Of a stretch of DNA of 64,000 nucleotides, positions 60,931-64,000 are shown one piece after another. Source of the stretch: Mobula hypostoma. Its lineage: Eukaryota. Each line of letters opens with the position of its first letter. The first letter of the stretch is position 1. The translations under genes and the position numbers were made by a program. The notes beneath the pieces are model-generated. The model saw only the letters and a program-made list of their open reading frames with translations, searched no databases and was not told the DNA's origin. The stretch covers positions 102,736,001-102,800,000 of the forward strand of contig NC_086097.1 in assembly GCF_963921235.1 (NCBI RefSeq), given 5' to 3'.

Positions 60931-62184
60931 AAGGCCCTGTTGTACTTCATGAAAAGTTGCAGCTTATTTGCACACAATGTTCCATTAGAGCAGTGTAACA
61001 GCCAAACTTTCTGTTCATAGTTCTTGGTTCTGAGGAAGAGTCTTCAAGTCTTTAGTTGTCGTTCAACCATACACTTGAATAGAGTCAAACAAAACAGCAA
61101 TCCTGTGGAGCCAAGGTGCACAGTCACGCACTAGAGATATAGCACATAGGAATATGATAGCAAAAAAAACTCAGTGTTAAAAGTGGTACCTTGTCCAAGT
61201 CCTGAGTGCCCATTGGCCTATAGATTGATGGTACATGGATGTTGCCCTGGTGCCACATTTCTGTAAGAATAGCCCATAGCAATTGCTCACATCACACGGT
61301 GCAGCCACAGTCAAACCCTTTGTCTTTCACTGAGTGAATATTGGAGGCTGTCACCGATGAGAGGGGCCAGCTCCCAGCTCAGTAAGGAATCGAGTGGCAC
61401 ACAGCCAGCTCCAGCAACTCCTTCCTTGGCAGCCACAACAGGCGACCCTGAGGCATGAATGAGGCCTGGTTCATGCCACAACCAAGGCCATGCAGCTCCC
61501 AATGAACCAGTGAATCGGACTTGCGGTATTCTACATAAGCAATGTACAACAGGGTCTTTTGCGATCGCAACAAAAGTGTCCCACACCATCCATTAGATTG
61601 CGCACCAGCACCGACAATGCCTTCTTCCCCGGGTGGCTGAAACAGGCTGCGACAAGTCCAGCTCCATTGCTAGCCAACAACTCGCTAGTGGGGTAAACCT
61701 GCAGTACCTGATGTCCTTGGTAAGCAGCAGCATCTTGCAGTTGTAAAAAGATGTAATGGACGAGCAATCACACCTTTGCTTAGACCCAGCGAGGCCACTG
61801 CTTCCGAGCAATCTGCCATCTTACTGGAATGTTAACTTTTTCTCTGTCCACAGGTGCTGTCTGACATGCTGAGGGGTGCCAGCATTTTCTGCTTTTATTT
61901 CAGATTTTCAGCAACTGCAGTTCTTTGATTTTCATTCTGTTTGAAGTTTAACTAGTGAACTATCCAATTTTATTATATTGCATTGTATTGGGAATCCCAT
62001 TCTGTTTATAGAAGAAATCTCGGTTAGAATAAGCCTACGACCCAGTTACAGAAGCTCTTCAGAGCAATGAGTCATGGTGAGAAAATGTACAGGAAATTGT
62101 TAAAGCAATGGAAATAAGAATTCTTTCAAGTAATTTTGCTGCGTCGAGCCGCAGTTGGTTTACCAAATGGTTAGCCTCCATGGA

Positions 62185-63545
62185 AGAGTCATAGAATACA
62201 ACAGCACAGAACTTGGCCCCTTGGCCCATGCCAAACTATTATTCTGTCTGGTCACATCAACCTGCAGCCAGACTATAGACCTCCGTACCCCTCCCATGTG
62301 TTGAAATCGACAGCACATCCATTGCTTCTGCTGGCATCTCACTCCACATTCTCACCATCCTCTGAATGAAAATGTTCCTCTTAAACACCTCACCTTTCAC
62401 CTTAACCCATGACCTCTAGTTTTCATCTCACCCAACCTCTGGAAAAAGCCTGTTTGCATTTACTGTACCTACAGTATACCCCTCGTAATTTAATGTACAT
62501 CTATCAAATCTCCCCCCATTCTGCTACACTCCAGAGAATAGAATCCTACCAATTCAACCTTTTCCTATGACTCAGGTCCTCCAGTACCGGCAACATACTT
62601 GTCATTTTCCTCTGTACTCGTTCAATCTTATTGATATTCTTTCCCATAGGTAGGGAACCAGAACTGGACACATTACTACAAATTATGCCTCGCCAATGTC
62701 TTATACAACTTCAACATAATATCCCATCACAATTTTTTGATCTATGAAGGCCAGTGCGCCAAAAGCTTGTTGTGACCCTATCTACCTGTGACGCCACTTT
62801 AAAGGAATTATGGACTGGTATTCCCAGATCCCTTTGTCCTACCACACTCCTCAGTTCCCTACCACTTACCATTTAAATCCTACCCTAGTTTGTCCTCCCA
62901 AAGTGCAACGCCTCACACTTGACTGCATTAAATTCCATCTGCCATTTTTCAGCCTATTTTTCCAGCTGATCCCGATCCCACTGCAAGCTTTGAAAGTCTT
63001 CCTCACTGTCCACTATGCCCCCAACCTTGGTGTCATCCACAAATTTGCTGATCTAGTTTACCACATTATCATCCAGATCATTGATATTGATTGCAAACAA
63101 CAATGGACACCGCGTCAATCACTGTGGTACACCATTGGTCACAGGCCTCCAATCAGAGAGGTAACTGTCTACTACTACTCTCTGGCTTTCTTTTTTGGAT
63201 TAGTCCCACAAAGCCAATGTACTACCTTATACTGTATGCCAAGCAACTGAACTTTCTTGACTACTCTCCTATGTGGGATATTGTCAAAGACCTTGTTAAA
63301 GTCCATCGACTGCTTTTCCTTCATCAACTTTCCTAGCAACCTCAAAGAATTCTAATAAGATTGGTTAGACGTAACTTACAATGCACAACGCCATGCTGAC
63401 TATTCATAATAGGTCCTTGTCTATCCAAATACTTACATATCAGATCCCTTAGAATACCTGTCAATAACTTATCCACTACTGATGTCAGGCTCACCAGCCT
63501 AACTTCTGTCTTACCTTTGGAGCCTTTCTTAAACAACAGAACAAC
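62185..63545 (-). mobile_element. Decayed CR1 LINE (RT to 3' UTR)
   Basis: FKKGSK..RLVSLTSVV.KLL, SQHG; CR1 3' UTR. Confidence 0.85.
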
Positions 63546-64000
63546 ATGAGGATTTATCCCCTTCTGTTCTGTAATCTGTATATAGTTGATGACTTTGCTG
63601 CTTTACATCTCTTTTCTCAACTTTGTTTCCATCTCCTGAGTGAGTATTATGTGGAGTTAGCTTTGAAGAGGAGTTGAAGCCACCATAGATCAACCATGAT
63701 CATATTAGAGCAAGTTTAAGGAGTGACCTGCTCCTGTTCGTATTGTGTACTTGTTCTCTTTGTAACCTCCTTCCTATGACAGCGCTCAGAACAGTGTGTC
63801 TGTATCAGTATTCCAGTGTAAATTATTCCAAGTTACTTCTGCACTGAATCATACTGAGTCCCAGTTTACTACTGTAATCATACTGTCCTCAAGAGCTGTA
63901 ACCCAGGACAGGGAGCGAGTTACATGGAAAGACTGGTATTACTGAGTTGGCAGAAACCCTTCTGAAGAGAACTTGAACAGCAGTAACAGGGCTAAGGAAG

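Noticed and set aside
61050..61830. GC-richer segment, possibly a non-autonomous retroelement on the minus strand
   Set aside because: No clear TSD, TIR or coding motif; I could not classify it with confidence.
61990..62070. GNPILF... as the terminal UBR1 exon (expected RGNPLHL...)
   Set aside because: No AG acceptor in the right place, and the downstream peptide does not resemble the UBR1 C-terminus; the true last exon appears to lie beyond the window.
1..64000. tRNA, rRNA or snoRNA genes, and the remaining short ORFs in the track
   Set aside because: No recognisable structured RNA gene seen; the remaining ORFs are antisense or shifted frames of TE relics or random intronic frames.

Overview
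Eukaryotic (vertebrate) genomic DNA. The repeat content (CR1/HER1-type LINEs, V-SINE/HE1-like SINEs, Rex1/Babar, Penelope-derived elements) suggests a cartilaginous fish such as a ray; this is inference. The whole window lies inside one + strand gene, the N-degron E3 ligase UBR1. Thirteen GT-AG exons (2275-59332) splice manually into a stop-free 1351-nt frame covering the C-terminal ~450 aa. Upstream exons and the terminal exon lie outside the window. The introns are mostly transposon relics: many CR1 LINEs, two L1 insertions with TSDs, Rex1/Babar LINEs, two Tc1 IR/DR elements, two pogo/Tigger derivatives, two hAT-like elements with 6-bp TSDs, a solo LTR and Penelope-like elements. Most notable: (1) a Penelope-associated minimal hammerhead ribozyme family, including an intact sense-strand copy inside a 114-bp near-perfect hairpin; (2) an exon starting with a perfect GTAAGT (recursive-splicing candidate); (3) inverted CR1 copies around a 222-nt, stop-free exon pair (circRNA candidate); (4) an ORF1-only L1 insertion with a 15-bp TSD. 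Boundaries of degenerate repeats are approximate. Homology calls are from recalled family motifs, not database searches.
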